Assembly: GCA_964188305.1 (NCBI GenBank) | Contig: OZ076885.1 | DNA from: Podarcis bocagei | Lineage: Eukaryota | Reading direction: 5' to 3' (one strand) | Length of the DNA stretch: 64,000 nt | Shown here: positions 50,471 to 63,540 of the stretch, in pieces | Numbering within the stretch: the stretch's first letter is position 1 | How the letters are laid out: the number at the start of each line of letters is the position of its first letter | Notes under the pieces: model-generated | Seen by the model: only the letters and a program-made list of their open reading frames with translations | Databases searched by the model: none | What the model was told of the DNA's origin: nothing | Program-made: the position numbers and the translations under genes

Positions 50471-53400
50471 TAAGTAATTATCACCAAATCGTGTTGGAGA
50501 AAAATTAATGGACAAAAGTAAAGTGCCAGATTGTTTTCCTGGTGTTCCACTTCATCGGAAGACCATTTTTGCTCGTTAGCAGCAAAGGAAGCACAAACAT
50601 GAGGGGAAGGAATATCTTCAAATATTTAACAAGCCAAAATCTTAGTACACTACTAAGTTGCTTTTACTAATAAAGCATAAGCTTATTATTTGTGTGCTAA
50701 TTTTGACATTGAGAGATGATTCACTATGTTTCTTAAATGCAAGTTTCCCTAATATCTATTTGAAGAAATGAGACGGTGTGCCACATTTCTGCTACAAGTG
50801 ACTTTACACATTGAACTTTTATATATGTATATTTGTTCTTTTCTAACTGTCTGATGCTGTGTATCAAAAACCTGGGTCTTTCAGTATAGCTGTTGCATCT
50901 AAAACTGGCTGGTTGTATGCATTTTATTGCTTGCACCTCTGCAACTGTAAGACAGGGAACTAGAGACTTGAAGTGCTGTGTAAATGAAACAATGTAGAAC
51001 AGAATAGGAAGTGTTGGACCTCCTCGGTTGCTTGCTAAGTGTCTACAATGTGATATCTAAATTTATTCATCTAAATCTTAATAGTTGGTGGATGATAAGA
51101 ATCTTTAAAAATTAGCTGGATAACGGAATGCGAATAAATTATTCAGAATCTTCTCTTGTCCTGGGAGTTAGTTATACTTGGAAAAATTATTTTGATTCCA
51201 TAAAATTTGTCAAGTGAAGCATTTAAAAATGAAATACCATGTGGAATCCATCTGGGTATTTCAGTCATCAGGTCAATGCATTTGAAGGCATTCATAGTTT
51301 TAAGGCTGGAATTGGCTAGTTTTAAGTTTTTTGGGGATTTGCAGGTATCTTTCCCCCCCCAAGTGCAACAAACAGACAGCTGTTAGCCATCTGGGCCCTC
51401 TGGAACAATTACTGTCCAAGCAGCATTTCTGTTGTGGGAATATTTCAGTTTTCCAGAAGCAATATATTGATGTTTGAAAAGGCAATCTCCCCTGCACCAA
51501 GCTAGTGTGCTTATTGCAGTTGTGGCTGCTTTGTACCTCTGCAAATAGTATCCACAGTTTCCATAACTGATATACTTCCCCTGTGCCCCAAACGTACACA
51601 GGTTGCTGAACTTCTTTATTGTGTGTTTCTCTGTTTTCGCTTTAGACGCTGAAAATCCTTTTAATGTCCCACAGCAACATGGGAATGCTCATCTTGTCCT
51701 TCAGCAAGAACAAAAATGAATCCATTGCAGTGCTATGTACCCCCCCTTACAGCTGTGCTCAACCATTTCAAAACCATTGTGCTTTCTTTCTTTTGGGTTA
51801 TGAGCATTCATCTTCATTGGTCATTAATTTGAAGAGAACAAGGAAAGATTTCTTTGTCAGAGCAATACTTTCAAAATGCATTTGAAGCCATGCTGTAATT
51901 ACAACACTTGTGGGGTGTGTACCCAAGTCTTGATTTGACCAAAGCCTGTTATTATTCCTTCATCCTAAGGTAGTGTGTTTAAACCTGGTTTGTTTTGTCA
52001 GTGTGAGGACTTGAAGGTTTGGCTTGGTGGTGGTAATTTAAGTACATAGCCAACTAAGGGGCATAGCCAATGTTCGTCATTAATGTAAGTAAACCCATTG
52101 ATGTCACTGGACTTAATTCCATTGATTTCAAAGAGTCTATGCGGAATATAATCTAGATTCAGTTGCAATTCTATAGACGTCTGCTCAGAATTAAGTCTTG
52201 CTGAGTTCAATGAGACCTCCCTGATAAGCGGCAATAGAATTGCAACCCTAATTCTCTTGGGCCTAAACATACTTGGCAAAAACAAGTTTTCTCCCAATAA
52301 CCTACGCTGTGATCAAATTTGCATTTGTGCAATGGTACTTTTAACCACCTCCTTTCATTTTGTAGCCTCTGGTGCTCCCTAAAAAGCAGCATTATTTTTA
52401 GACTGCTTTTCTGCCTGAAAGCCCTTAAAGCAGCTTACAACAATGAAAGCAAAATAAATCGCCCCATTACAATTACTGAAAACATAATGCAGCAGAGTAT
52501 AATAGTGACTGTAGTACCGCAGTAAGGCAAAATAGTCATGGCAACATGAATTCGCAGTGCCAAAGGCCCAGCTGAATAAAATACTGGCCACAGTGCCAGT
52601 AACACAATAGGTGGACACTTTGCATGGGAAATGGCAGGCCTTAAAAGCCGTATATAGTTTAGGCCCAATATAGTTAAAGGTGTGGACCAGTATTTTGAAC
52701 TCCAAAAGAACTGGGAGAAATAGGCTTCATATACGGTAATAGGCCTGTGAAAGAAGTCTGGCTGGAGCATCATGCTCCATTTGTAGTTTCCAAAACTTTT
52801 TCAGAGTTGTATGCAGATTATGTTATCGTAGTCCAGCCTCGATGTGCCCAAGGCATACAGGGCCAGCCGTATAATGAGGCATGGTGAGATACTTGCCTGG
52901 ACAGCAGATCACAAAGGGTGGTTGATGCATCTCCCACCATGCTGTTTACAAGCCAGTTGGCCTTGCAGCTGCTGCCTACTCCACTATAGGTGGCCAGTCT
53001 GCCTGCTGTAGCTATTACTGCAGTATTGGCTGCTATCACCACTACTGCCTGCTCACTTGCTCATAAGTTCCATTATGGTTGCCACAGGGATTCAGTTGGT
53101 TGCACTCCAAAAGGTCCCTCTGAGCTTGCTGCTGCTCTCTGAGGAAATGGAATCACATGCCCAGGAAAGACTCATAACTTTCTCTACCCATGTGGTCAAA
53201 CTTGCCATTCAAGATGGATATAGGTCAAATGAGCAGGTGGCCTGCAGGTAGCAGTAGTTGGGCTACTGCTGGCTGGGAGGTGGACCCCATCTTAGCCTCC
53301 CCAACCCTTTTCTGCTGTACCTGCAGAACAGCAGCCCTTCGGAGGAGTCAGAATGTTTGGCCGGCCAGCCCTGCTCATGAAGAGTAAGAATTTTGACACA

Positions 53401-53748
53401 GCTGTGGCCGTTTTCTCTACCTCTGGTTTCCAGAGGGGAAGCCTGCCTCTGTGGAGTCTGCCATCGGTGGTGAGCTGAAAATGGCGGGCTGGACTCAGGG
53501 TGACACCAAAGGTGAGTTGTTTATTTGGGTGGGTTCTTCCTTTCAGAGGGTGATGAGGGTGAGGACACTCCCCCATGGGTGGTGACTGGTTGTGGGTGGG
53601 CTTGCTCCTAGGTGAGAGTGTGAAGCAGGTGTCTGTGTGTATGTTAACCTGGATTCCAAGTAAGGTGGAATTAGGGGGAGCTTCATCTGTGATGAAAGTA
53701 TGAATAAACTCACAAGGATGGACCACCAAGAGTTATAAACAAAAACCA

Positions 53749-54685
53749 ATCATAGAATCATAGAGTTGGAAGAGACCACAAGGGCCATCGAGTCCAACCC
53801 CCTGCCAAGCAGGAAACACCATCAGAGCACTCCTGACATATGGTTGTCAAGCCTCTGCTTAAAGACCTCCAAAGTAGGAGACTCCACCACACTCCTTGGC
53901 AGCAAATTCCACTGTCGAACAGCTCTTACTGTCAGGAAGTTCTTCCTAATGTTTAGGTGGAATCTTCTTGTAGTTTGGATCCATTGCTCCGTGTCCGCTT
54001 CTCTGGAGCAGCAGAAAACAACCTTTCTCCCTCCTCTATGTGACATCCTTTTATATATTTGAACATGGCTATCATATCACCCCTTAACCTCCTCTTCTCC
54101 AGGCTAAACATGCCCAGCTCCCTTAGCCGTTCCTCATAAGGCATCGTTTCCAGGCCTTTGACCATTTTGGTTGCCCTCCTCTGGACACGTTCCAGTTTGT
54201 CAGTGTCCTTCTTGAACTGTGGTGCCCAGAACTGGACACAGTACTCCAGGTGAGGTCTGACCAGAGCAGAATACAGTGGCAATATTACTTCCCTTGATCT
54301 AGATGCTATACTCCTATTGATGCAGCCCAGAATTGCATTGGCTTTTTTAGCTGCCACGTCACACTGTTGGCTCATGTCAAGTTTGTGGTCAACCAAGACT
54401 CCGAGATCCTTTTCACATGTACTGCTCTCAAGCCAGGTGTTCCCCATCTTGTATTTGTGCCTCTCATTTTTTTTGCCCAAGTGCAATACTTTACATTTCT
54501 CCCTGTTAAAATTCATCTTGTTTGTTTTTGCCCAGTTCTCTAATCTGTCAAGGTCGTTTTGAAGTGTGATCCTGTCCTCTGGGGTGTTAGCTACCCCTCC
54601 CACTTTGGTGTCATCTGCAAATTTGATCAGGATGCCCTTGAGTCCATCATCCAAGTCGTTGATAGTCGTTGATAAAGATGTTGAA
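53749..54685 (-). mobile_element. young CR1 LINE 3' fragment (RT C-terminal half)
   Basis: ORF 53953..54816 contains INDLDDG..LIKFADDTKVGG..LQNDLDRLENWAKTNKMNFN..LYSALVRPHLEYCVQFW; CR1 tail at 53749; small deletion shifts frame near the end. Confidence 0.95.
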
Positions 54686-55130
54686 CTAAATAACCTCATA
54701 ATGTGGAACATTGATTTACATGGTACTGATATAAGTATGTTGGGAAAATAAGCCAACAGTGTAGATTTTATTATGAACTCTACCTGTATTTGGTCAGATT
54801 TATCATAAGTTCTCAACTACTGCTCTAGTCATCATCTGCCAGTGGAAGAGGGAACTTGAGAGCAGAGAAGGGACAGAGTTGGGGGGTTACCATTTCACAG
54901 TATGCTCTCTTCTGCTTATTTATTTATTATTATTATTATTTTTAATTTACATCCATAGACAATCTTAGGTACATGTACAGCCTTAAATAATTATACCATT
55001 AAATACTGATTTAAACTTGTATTTGTACATGTTATTTTCTTATGATTTCTAACTAAACTTTTCTGCTTAGTTAAGTTGCTAAACAAATTAATTTAAAATG
55101 AGTGCTTGGCATAACCAAATCTGTAGACGT

Positions 55131-55903
55131 CGGGATTCAAGATGACCATAATAGAGTGGAGAACTGGGCCCAAACTAACAAAATGAATTTCAATAGGGAC
55201 AAATGTATGGTTCTGCACTTAGGCAGGAAGAACCAGATGCACAAATATAGGATGGGGGACACCTGGGTTGTCAGTAGTACATGTGAAAAGTCTCTAGGGG
55301 CTTTAGTAGACCACTAGTTTAACATGAGTCAACAGTGTGATGCAGCAGCAAAAAAAGCTAATGCTATCTTGAGCTGCATCAACAGAAGTAAAGTGTCTTG
55401 ATCAAGGGAAGTAATAGTACTGCTCTATTCTGTGTCCAGTTCTGGGCGCCACCATTTAAGAAGGATGTTTACAAGCTGGAACATGTGCAGAGGAGGACAA
55501 CCAAGATGAGCAAGGGTCTGGAAACCAAGCTTTATGAAGAATGATTGAGTGAGTTGGGTATGTTTAACTTGGAAAAGAGGAGACTGAGAGGAGATATGAC
55601 AACCTTCTTCAAGGGCTTTCACAAGGAGGATGGAGCAAGCTTGTTTTCTCCTGCTCCAGAGGGTAGGATCCAAACCAATGGCTTCAAGTTACAAGAAACG
55701 AGATTCCAGTTAAACACCGGGAAGAAGTTTCTGATAGTAAGAGCTGTTTGACAATGCAGCAGACTCCCTTAGAAGGTGATGGACACTGGAAGTTTTAAAG
55801 CAGAGGTTGGATGGCCATCTGTCAGGGATGCTTTAGTTGAGATTCCTGCATTTCAGGGGGTTGGGCTAGATGACCCTTGGGGTCCCTTCCAACTATGATT
55901 CTA
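55131..55903 (+). mobile_element. CR1 LINE 3' fragment, older
   Basis: IQDDHNRVENWAQTNKMNFNRDKC..., [15 protein letters not shown]...; ends tatgattcta. Confidence 0.92.
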
Positions 55904-58193
55904 AGAAATTGGTGATGACTGGACAGTGAACTGGCCTTAACTTTTACTAAGAAATGTCAACATTTTATGATTTCTCAGTGGCCTAAAATTGGTTTGTAAA
56001 TATCCACATTCACAGGCATTTATTGTAACTATAAAGATAGTCTGAAATAAATTTGTTGAGATTTGATTTGTGTGTTTTAACACACCTGAAGAAATATGTG
56101 GGGAAAGTACTCAAGATCTAGCAAATTCTTCTACAGTGTAAATATGAACATTTATTTGATAAAAATTAGTAAATTATTACAACAACTTATGCATTGGCAT
56201 ATGCTTCTGTCTGAAACCATAAAAACTAATACGTTACACTTTCTATCCCATAATTCTAATATTTGTTGCCTTTATAGCTGCAGTGTGGGTGGAAGAAGCT
56301 AAACCAGAAAAGAGCAGATCTAACTGTAAGCTACTTTGCATATTGTCAATTGACTATAAATTTAGATCTGTCTTTTGACTCAGTCCAACAGGCACAAGAA
56401 CTGTGGAGCTCAGGTATGGAATGTAAGGTAGATAGAGGCTAATAGCAAAATGTTACATGGTTTTTGTTAATATTAATCCAGATTGTTAAATTTAAATGAT
56501 GCACATGTTAAATATATACTTTGTGAGCTCTAGTTTATAGAATAGATCTATAGAGAAAAGTGCTATAAGAATCATCTTACTAACACATAATTTTAGTGTG
56601 GAATTTTGAAGTTCAGTCCCTGTCTAATATTTTAGATTTTTCCTTGTGGTTCTGGGGATTCTTTTCCATTTCACCATAAGCAAGTCTAGGAATGAAAAAC
56701 CTAGCTTTGTTTTATGATCTTGTGTTTTGTTTTAGGCACTGAGGCAAATTTCAGAAAGAATAGAGCAAATTATTTGAATTAATGAGACTTTACTTCTTAG
56801 TAAATAATTCAGTTAACTGAGGTTTCTAATTCAAGTTAAAGGTTTGGTGAATTCAGTAATCTTTCCAAATGTTAAAATGCAAAGATTAATTGACATTTTT
56901 ATTATAGACAATTTTTATTATAGACAATTTACTGATTCAGCTTTTATAATGCATGATCAATAAATATGTTTCATTGATTGCTGTTTAGCAATATAAAACT
57001 CCTAGCACATTTGCAAAGCTAAGCAGTGTCTGGTATGGTTTCAAATTGGATGGGGGACCAGACACGTTGAGATTCCTGCATTGGAGGAAGTTGAACTAGA
57101 TGACCCTCCAGGCTGCAGACCCACTTTTTTGGGGGGGTGGGGGCGTTCTTCTGTACATGTGTGTGTTATGGAATTCTCTATGCTGGAGTAGGCTGGTGGG
57201 AACTGACAAGTGTGATTGTGAGGCACGGAGAGAGCCAATTTCATCCCTTACATGTTCTGAAGGTCAGTTGGTGGGTCCTGAGTCATTGCAGGAGATTGTT
57301 TGCTCTCTAAGCAACTTCCCATTAAATCCTAACCACATAGATTATATGCAATTAAATAACATGCCCGCAGTCAGAGTAATACTTTGATATTTGCTAGCAA
57401 GCTGATCCAGTAATCCCTGATAAATGGAAGAAAACTTCTTACACTATTGACGATTGCTTATAATAAAAATAATGTATTGGAAGGGAGGATGAGAAACATT
57501 AATTTACCATTACCTTTCACATTATTTGCTATATGAAGTTGTTGAGTTGCTATCTTACAGAATAAAAGATACAGCATTATTTTGGCTGGAGGAGTTGGCA
57601 AATTTTGAATTCTGATGTTAGGCACAGCCTGAAAAGGAGAGTTTCTGTTAAAAGATATGGGGCACAATTTGATCAAAGTGAATACATGTAGGCCTCAATA
57701 ATTTCAGTGAGAGAGTTAAGCACATTTCAAGCTTTTCCACAGACAACACCCCTCTTTCCCTGGGCTAATAATCAGCATAAGTGATAGGAATAACAAGGCA
57801 CACACTGCAGAGAAAAAGAGTGGGTACAGGGAATAATGGAGAAGTTCATGTACCAGTCATTCTGACAACGGCATGTGTTTTTGCCTAGGAAAATCTGCCA
57901 TATGATTTCACATCCTCAACTGTAAAGCTAAAGAGATTTATCTAGTTGCAAGTATCTATGCTTGTATTGATTATTTTAAAATATCTCCTTTGCATATGGA
58001 ACACTGTATTTAAATAGGTCAGTACAACAACATTGCCGTCTCCCACATATTTGCATAATATCAGAAGTGCACTAAAAATACTGACAATCACACCTAGCCT
58101 ATTGCAATGTATGAATCACTAAAGCTGATACACAGTTCTCCATTTCTAGCTCTGTACCTGAGACACCACAGCTTGGGAAGCTTTTGGGATGCC

Positions 58194-58700
58194 ATGGACA
58201 GATTGCCCATCTTAAGCGACTCCCACGCTGGACAGATGTCTAGACTTGGCTGCAGGGACCTTTATGCTGCACTCCATTTCTACCCAGAGATCCCAAACCA
58301 ATTCGCTGGCCCCGAAGATTTGCCTCTGCTTCCTTTCACACCAGAGCAGCTGATGGCTGAGAATTTCTACAGCGATCCTTGTGCGTTCCCATTTCAAGGT
58401 CCCTGTGGGAATTTTGGCAGATGCGAGTACTCTTGCGGCCCAGCATTCATCAGAAAAAGGAATGAAAGGGAAAGGCAGAGAGTAAAGTGTGTCAACGAAG
58501 GCTACGCCAAACTCAGACATCACCTACCTGCCGAATACCTAGAGAAACGACTCAGCAAAGTAGAAACACTCCGAGCTGCAATTAAATACATCAGGTATCT
58601 CCAATCTGTGCTTTACAATGATTCAGAGGAGAATAGCAGGGAAGCTCACCACGCACCCAAAGATAGCTCTCAAAGCAATCACGCTCCAAGGACTTCATAG
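58194..58700 (+). CDS. ASCL3: achaete-scute family bHLH transcription factor 3; ORF is open from 58107 but the likely start is the gccATGg at 58194
   Basis: bHLH GPAFIRKRNERERQRVKCVNEGYAKLRHHLPAEYLEKRLSKVETLRAAIKYIRYLQS; position after TMEM9B as in other vertebrates; acceptor-like catttctag at 58149; AATAAA 58715 and 58984. Confidence 0.92.
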   Translation: MDRLPILSDSHAGQMSRLGCRDLYAALHFYPEIPNQFAGPEDLPLLPFTPEQLMAENFYSDPCAFPFQGPCGNFGRCEYSCGPAFIRKRNERERQRVKCVNEGYAKLRHHLPAEYLEKRLSKVETLRAAIKYIRYLQSVLYNDSEENSREAHHAPKDSSQSNHAPRTS

Positions 58701-60146
58701 TCTACTCGAGAGCAAATAAAGTCTTCTCTGGAAGCCCCAAAGATGCCCCTGTTCAAAGATGCTTGTAAGACTGAACTTGCTATACAATGTGGTGATTTCA
58801 GGGCTTGTGACTCTGATGACATGAATCTTGCTAAAATGTGTGGAAGTTTCAAATGATTGAAATGGCTGTAATCATTTTAACAGATCAATATGAGATCAGT
58901 AATACGTGGTTAATTTTGGTTACAAGGGGGCGGGGGAGACCGCCAATGTGTCAACTCAAGCTGAATGCTTTAGGTTATATTTTAATAAAAAGATTCTGCT
59001 CCTTTCTGAGAACAGTAACCTCTCTCTCTTTGCTAACATTTATTTCTTAAAAAAATTATAATTTAAGTTTCTCTATAAATTGATAAAATGTATAAAGTTT
59101 CTGTATAAATTCTGTTTGCACAGAATGTATAAACTGGAAACCACTTGACTGTTGTAACGGCAACAACAAAAAAGACAGTATTGTAAAAACACACTAACTT
59201 TGGAAATGCTAATATTGAGTTAATTTTATCTGGATATTTTGTTTTTTGAAATCTAAATAAATCCTTGTTCCATGATCAAACTATATCTAAGAAGTTTGTT
59301 GTATTATACGGACACACAGTGAGAGAAAGACAATTAAGTGTCACAGCATCGATAGTGAGTGGAAGAAATGAAGCTGAAGGAGTGTCTATACCTCCTGTTC
59401 CTCCCTCTATTTCAAGAATATAAAGAAACTAACAAACTTACCTTAGGTTCTCTCAATTTTATTGTACTGTTCCATTGTTTACTTGAGGATTTGAGCATCA
59501 TAAATATTACTGATATAGACATTCCAAGAAGGATGCTTCTTCAGTGATCTTTGAACTGCTAATCAGAGGAAAACCCCTCCCCCCAATAATATAGAAAAAG
59601 CTTAAATCTTCTTATAAAGTCCTCTTTCCACATGGCTTTATTAGCAGTAATATTTATTAATATATATCATGCTTAACTGCCAAAGCGTCTATTCATAGGT
59701 GCAAAACCAATTACAAAAAATATAAATGTACAATAAAAAATATTAAAATAAACATCTACAATTAAATTGTGCACTAAAACAAACCCATTAAAACACAACA
59801 GTTAAAACAACTATTGAAATAGTTCTTTCAACCAAATACATGTTAATAAAGTTATTTGTCACATTCAAATAAATTTCTGCAGAGTAGAAATGAGATGCTG
59901 CTCAAAGTGGACTGTGGTTGCAGCTAGCTGAATAGTTTTTATCTTTATCAATAAGCTACATTTAATAGATAATTATTTTAATTATATTTTTTAATTTGTG
60001 TGCGTGTGTTTAATGTAAACCACTCTTACGTTTTATTACAATCAAATGGTATAGAAATCTTGTGAAATAATAAAGAAACATTTTTATTGAGGAAAGGCTC
60101 TATAGTGCAGAGTGCACTGTGACTTTGAGCATTTGTTATTTCTTTA

Positions 60147-60388
60147 CAGTGGTACTTCGGGTTACATATGCTTCAGGTTACATACACATCAGGTTACAGA
60201 CTCCGCTAACCCAGAAATAGTACCTCGGGTTAAGAACTTGGCTTCAGGATGGGAACAGAAATCGTGCAGCAGCGGCACAGCGGCAGCAGGAGGCCCCACT
60301 AGCTAAAGTGGTGTTTCAGGTTAAGAACAGTTTCAGGTTAAGAATAGACCTCCAGAACGAATTAAGTTCTTAACCCGAGGTACCGCTG
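60147..60388. mobile_element. Tigger-like MITE copy 1
   Basis: TA flanks, TIR cagtggtac.tcgggtta / taacccgaggtaccgctg. Confidence 0.88.
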
Positions 60389-61865
60389 TATTTCTTTTCA
60401 TTAGACTTGAGCATTCTCTGGACAATCTTCATTTTACCCTTGTCATTTTTCTTTCTTCAGTATTTAGTGTCGCTGAGTTTAGAAATAAGATGTACCTGAG
60501 AAAACATTCACAGCTGATATTCACACACTATGAATGTGTGTGTGTGTGTGTGTTTCACACATTCTGTACTATCAGACACAAGTTCCTGTTTGCAGTGGCT
60601 CTATAGCAACCTGCTTAGAAACAGAAAACAGCCACCAATAACACTCCTTCTCAGCAGAGAGGTGTCGTATTGTTGAAGTCAAGCCAACTGAAAGATCCCA
60701 GCATTTAGTCCTGCAAGCATCTGGTGAGTTCTAATTACTATTTTAGCAAATCAATGGACTGAAGAATTTTAGGTTTGCCCCCCCCCCCCCCGCTGGTTTA
60801 GTTGGTAGATGGCTTCAATTTACTCGGTAGATTTGGGTATATATCTGGTGCTATTTGTGTTACTGTAATAGAGAAGCATTAAAAATAATATTTATTTCCA
60901 ATGGATGGTAACTTAGTAAGTTCTACTGAATTCAATAGAACAGGTATGTGTGCATAAGATAGCAGCCCTACACTTGAATAAACAAATTGTTTACTGCTGT
61001 AAGTTGTTTTAAATAGTTCTTAATGTGTTTTACTGCTGCTTTGCACCTTGTGACTTTCAAATGAAGGGCAGGTAATAAAGAAATAAGAAAAAAACTACCT
61101 CACACTTCCTTCAGTATGTACAAAGATTATCTGCTATAACTTTTGGAATATGCTAATTGATTTACATGTGATATACTGTAATCAATTAATAGCAAGAAAG
61201 CAGGTGTAAATTTTATTTATTTGGTTGACAGGCCTAGTTAGAATAAAATTGAAGTGAGGCACAGATAATATAGGCCTTGATTATGCTTGAATTAGCATGT
61301 CAGCAGTATACAGTTTCCAGGTGATTTGATGTCTTAATGATTGAACAGTTGCTACATATTTTCTCAAGGGAGTCCTTCTGTTAGAGGTGAGCCCTGTCTC
61401 CCAGCCCTCAAACCTCTTTTGTTTTTGTTTTTACTCCTGGGAAATGCTAAAACAGTTAACCAACAAAATAATAAGCACATGATGAGCACTCTCAAAAACA
61501 CCCATCTCCTTTTTAATGCTGACACCCATAATCAAGTCAGATTGTATCAATCTCTGAAGCGCTACAAAATCTTTTTGCCAGCATGCCTGATAAATGCCTG
61601 GCATTTACTGTCACGTTGCAAATCTTACCTTGACAGCCGCAGAGTAAGTTCTCTCTTCACATGCCATTTCTCTGTATGATCATTCCCTTGTTGCAAGAAG
61701 GCAGTGATTATGAAGCACAAGAGAACACAGAACAGATCAAAATATTTTCCCACCATAATTTTGCATGATTTTAATGGAACAACTTTTTCTAAACCTATTT
61801 CAACTATGGAAGCATTACCTGAGGTGCTTTCTGAACCATGAGGTACTTTGGGAGCACAACCTATA

Positions 61866-62107
61866 CAGTGGTACCTCGGGTTACATATGCTTCAGGTTAC
61901 ATACGCTTCAGGTTACACACTCCGCTAACCCAGAAATTGTGCTTCTGGTTAAGAACTTTGCTTCAGGATGAGAACAGAAATCGGGCTCCAGTGGCGCAGT
62001 GGCAGCAGGAGGCCCCGTTAGCTAAAGTGGTGTTTCAGGTTAAGAACACTTTCAGGTTAAGAATGGACCTCCAGAACGAATTAAGTACTTAACCTGAGGT
62101 ACCACTA
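61866..62107. mobile_element. Tigger-like MITE copy 2
   Basis: same family and orientation as 60147..60388, TA flanks. Confidence 0.88.
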
Positions 62108-63540
62108 TATAAACATTTTCCTATGTTTCTGGTTAGGTTATGGAGTGCACAAAGGTAAGCAGGGAGAATGTTTTCTCTTGGCTATAACCTGTATTTGATT
62201 GCCTTATTAATAGATTTGATTTGTCTAATCCCCATACCAACCTCTAATGTGATATGCAGAGATGTGGGAAATGTTTCTGGAAAAACAGGCACATTGCAAC
62301 TGACAACGGCAAACTGACCATACAGGTTGCAAAATCCTACCTACACCAATAACCCAGTTGTCCCACCAGCAATGTAGATGGTTGAGGATCATCTTGAGTA
62401 GAACCCCTGTGTTAGGTGGCTAACCCCCATTCTGGAGACCTGATCTGGCTCTCAAGCAAATCTTCCTCCTTCTGCGCCACCCCAACTCCACTGATTTTGG
62501 CAACAGCAGCAAAAAGGATACATAGTGCTGTTCTGGACAAAAAGATTTAAACTTCTCCACCAAGCTCAGAGAATTTATTTACAAACAGAGACCTATGCAA
62601 AAATGCATATCCATTGTTGTTGTTGTTTGGTCCAAACTGTGTGGTGTGTACTTACTACTTCCACGCTACATTGGTTTCCCCCCCCCCCCTGCATTGCATA
62701 AAAAGTTGCTGTATTTCATCAAAAATTCACAATACAAACCTATGCATGTCTATTCAGAAGCAAGCACCACTGGGATATATTGCCATGTGAGCGTGTCTAC
62801 AACTGCAGCTTCATTTATACTGAAGTGGTGGGTATTTTCCACACATTTTCTTGCACTTGAACTGAATTAATAATCACATAGAGATTTATTAATAATAATA
62901 ATAATTGTTGAATTCATATACCGCCCTATACCCAGAGGTCTCAGGGCGTTTCACAGAATAAAAACCAAAAAGTCTACCAGTAGACTTTCATCTACCTTCT
63001 TCCCTTCTTCTCCCTTGCGATTCCAGGAATTGCACATTCAAACATAATCTTAAATGCTGTATTTAGCGGGGAATCCTAAATCCTTAAAAAAGAGCACAGT
63101 ATTGCAACTGACAAACAGTGATATTGTTCTGTGGGATGGCAGCCAAGAAATGGAGATGGGGGCTCTTTAAAATGTAAGACCGTACAAATGTAGACCCCAA
63201 ATGGGGATTATCAAGTTATTGTTGTTGATGCTGCTGCTGTTATTTTGGACAGTGCTGCTAGCCCTATAGCAATGTCAGTTTTGCTCACCACCTTCAAATC
63301 CCAAGCAGAACTCAGCCATTCCTCACAATTGTGCTTTTGTAAAAAGTTGGTCCAGATAAAGAATTTAATTCCTTACCAGTAGTTAGTACTTTCAAATCTA
63401 TTCCCATTCAATGTAAGACTTTAGGGCCTGATTCATAACTGTTGCAGATGACATTCAGGAGAAATCTCCAAAGCTATGAGCTTGAGCAGTGGCAGCAATT
63501 ACTGTTATGTCATGGTGACATGTTTTCCTCCTTCAGAATA

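Noticed and set aside
53953-54816. 287-aa RT-like ORF as a domesticated gene or novel RT system
   Set aside because: ordinary 5'-truncated CR1 ORF2 fragment; N-terminus is fortuitous flanking sequence and the RT N-half is missing
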